The position numbers and the translations under genes are program-made. Below, one piece after another: positions 61,140 through 64,000 of a DNA stretch of 64,000 nt. The stretch comes from Octopus vulgaris (lineage: Eukaryota). Every line of letters starts with the position of its first letter. Within the stretch, counting starts at the first letter, position 1. The stretch covers positions 43,834,001 through 43,898,000 of the forward strand of contig OX597821.1 of NCBI GenBank assembly GCA_951406725.2, in the 5' to 3' direction. Below the pieces are notes generated by a model. The model had not been told where the DNA came from. It ran no database searches and was given only the letters and a program-made list of their open reading frames with translations.

Positions 61140-61520
61140 TGCTATTGTTATCGTTAAGCCCCAGGTGAATCCTATTTAAGGAGACCTTTGATCAAAGAAA
61201 GACATTTTAAGCATGCCACCCTTCTCTCCCCAGACATAGTTTATTTCAAACTATATTATGCAATATCTTATTCTATTCTACTAGATGTTTTTGTAAAGAG
61301 GGTTGATTTGAGAAATGATTGGCTGCTATTTTTAGCTGGTCTAGTGATCATGTGGAGCTTTTTTCATTATAATTTTCATTGGCATTAAGAACCATACAAA
61401 CCAAACCAAAGCCAAATCAGATTAGAACTTGGTGCAACACTCCTGTTGGCCAGCTCTTGTCTAACCATCCAATTCATGCCAGTATTGAAAATGGATGTTA
61501 AATGATGATGATGATGATGG
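61140..61520. mobile_element. Old dispersed repeat plus RTE tail
   Basis: CCAGGT..GATTGGCTGCTATT block shared with ~22615-22810, ~23830-23895 and ~62090-62160; RTE-type tail at 61380-61520. Confidence 0.55.
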
Positions 61521-61636
61521 TTCAGTCCCTGAAATGTATACCATTTGCAAAGGAAGTTGTTGCTGTTTAACCCTTGGTTAACCTTGACAGAGCGGACCTC
61601 GGATCAGATGCATTTCAGCTGTAACCATCTTGTTTT

Positions 61637-61705
61637 ACATACATACATATATGCATGTATACATACATACATATATGCATGTATACATACATACATGCAT
61701 GCAAG

Positions 61706-61763
<58 letters not shown>

Positions 61764-61830
61764 TACATACATACATACATACATACATACATACATACAT
61801 ACATACATACATACATACATACATGTATAT
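61637..61830. repeat. (CATA)n/(CA)n
   Basis: Directly visible. Confidence 0.96.
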
Positions 61831-62790
61831 CATGAACTAACTGTTACTTTCTCAGATGCAGTACAGAATTTTGTCACTGAACAAGTTCTGATATCAAAGC
61901 GCCGAAAATATTTTGGCAAATTAAATTTAAATGTTGAAGTAAATCTAATGGTTTTTGTGTGTTTTTTTAAATGGCTTATAAATACCTTCCTGCAATTATT
62001 TTTGTTTCAGCACACAATCTCTGATCAGGTACCTTGCTATACAAGTACATCTCTGTAATATCACATTATTTTTTCCATAGAAAAACCATAGGGTGTATTT
62101 CCACGGAGATTTTGCTGCTCTTTCTAGCAAACTGAATAGTTATGTTGAGGTTTCTTTGTTTACTTGCAGTGATCTACTGAGGTTGAGTGTATAATTGGTT
62201 TGTTGTTCATTCCCTTACTTGCTGTATTGAACTTCAGAGTAGATGGTTACAGTTAGACTTGTGATGTCGATAAGGATAATTACTCTTAAATGGATACATG
62301 TAATAAAGGAAAGTTAAAGAAATTGATTTTATTCATCCCATTCATATGAGATAAATAAATATTGATCAATTGATTGATTGATTGACTGACACCCGTACCA
62401 ATGAAAGTTGGCCATTTGCCGAGAGAAAGGAAATCAATACATATATAGATGTTTCGTTTACAACAGAATAAGGGCAAGATGCTAATACAGTGACATTTTA
62501 CTGTATTAGAGGTTAGTTAGTGCTAATTAAGATATGGTACAGTGCCAGATTAAGTGTTTTACAATATTTATACCATTCTACATTCAAATATTCCTTGAGC
62601 TAAATTTGCCTGAAATTTAGTTTGACTAAGATTAAGTTAAGCCTGAGGTCAAGTTTGCCTGAAATCGAGGTTACTTCAGGGAAACTTCATATGAAATTTA
62701 CTATATTTCATGTCAGCTATAACTGAAGGTAATGTTATCTGGAATTAACTATGTCTGAAGTTAGTTATGTCTGAAGTTTTTATATATATA

Positions 62791-62934
62791 GGTACCGGCG
62801 TGGATGTGTGGTAAGAAACTTGCTTCCTAACCACCTTGGTTCCAGGTTCAGTCTCATTACATGGCATTTTGAGCAAGTGTCTTCTACTATAGCCTCAGGC
62901 CAACTAAAGCCTTGTGAGTGGATTTGGTTGATGG

Positions 62935-62987
<53 letters not shown>

Positions 62988-63241
62988 TATATGTATTTAT
63001 CTATGTGTGTGTGTGTCTTTGCATCTGTGTTTGTCCCCAGCCAGTGCTTGACAACTGGCACTAGTGTGTTTACATCAACATAACTTAGCAGTTCAGCAGA
63101 AGAGACTGATAGAATAAGTACTAGGCTTAAAAAGTAAAAAATGAGTCCAGGGATCAATTTGTTTGACTAAAGCCCTTCAAGGTGTTGCCCCAGCATGGCT
63201 GCAGTCAAATGAATGAAACAAGTAAAAAATAAAGTAAAAAA
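62791..63241 (+). mobile_element. SINE family A, older full-length variant
   Basis: tRNA head, CORE-like block, internal (CA)/(TA), CCCCAGCATGGCTGCAGTC tail. Confidence 0.9.
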
Positions 63242-63552
63242 ATACAAATGAGAAGTTAAGTAAATAAACTATGTAAAATGATGTTGATAACTATAAGCAA
63301 GGGGAAGACATTGTATTAACTTACATAAGTTGTTTAATGTTGTGTGCACCTGAATGGCCGACCAGTGACAACACTGATTTATTTTCTCATTTTAGATAAG
63401 GGAAATCTTTCTCAAAATGGAGTTGAAGCAGTAAGGTAACACATCTCGTTGCTGTCATTTATCAACATCACCTTACATATTTTGTATTTTTACTTGTATT
63501 GCTTAAACACCTTTTGGAACATTTATAGAATTTTTAAACAAATTACAATACT

Positions 63553-63591
<39 letters not shown>

Positions 63592-63595
<4 letters not shown>

Positions 63596-63893
63596 TCATC
63601 ATCGTTTAACGTCCGCTTTCCATGCTAGCATGGGTTGGACGGTTCAACTGGGGTCTGGCAAGCTCGAAGGCTGCACCAGGCCAGTCAGATCTGGCAGTGT
63701 TTCTACAGCTGGATGCCCTTCCTAACGCCAACCACTCCGAGAGTGTAGTGGGTGATTTTATGTGCCACCGACACAGGTGCCAGGTGAGGCTGGCAGACGG
63801 CCACGCTCGGATGGTGTTTTTATGTGCCACCGACACAGGTGCCAGACGAAGCTGGCGAACGGCCACGCTCGGATGGTGTTTGTTACGTGCCCT
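63592..63893 (-). mobile_element. Young RTE 3' tail between (TA)n tracts
   Basis: CATCATCGTTTAACGTCCGCTTTCCATGCTAGCATGGG; two ~60-bp UTR repeats. Confidence 0.92.
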
Positions 63894-64000
63894 CAGCTAT
63901 ATATATATATAGCAATAATTATAATGATATAGAACACTTTTTCATCCTCAAAATTTATTTCTTCTTATTTTACAATTTCATACAGCATATTTTTATTGTC

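Overview
AT-rich, microsatellite-dense animal genomic DNA. The SINE/LINE repertoire and the abundance of (TA)n, (CATA)n, (AAT)n and (CAT)n arrays suggest a cephalopod (Octopus-like) intron or intergenic region; this is an inference. No intact host protein-coding gene, rRNA, tRNA gene or CRISPR array is supported, and almost all ORFs in the track are microsatellite read-throughs or transposon fragments. The window is a nested mosaic of decayed mobile elements: a Ty3/gypsy LTR deletion derivative, several RTE-clade LINEs whose RT carries an inserted PHD-type finger, two R4/Dong-like LINEs in (TAA)n, a CR1-group LINE 3' end, a Penelope-like GIY-YIG remnant, three mariner elements, two hAT transposons plus a hAT MITE, a non-autonomous Helitron, and many tRNA-derived SINEs. 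The most notable unexplained structure is a set of short non-coding cassettes lodged in (TA)n/(CATA)n microsatellites. Many are long palindromes and several carry minimal hammerhead-ribozyme-like cores with variant catalytic positions (best examples 32423-32460 and 51059-51252). All coordinates were read by eye and boundaries of old elements are approximate.
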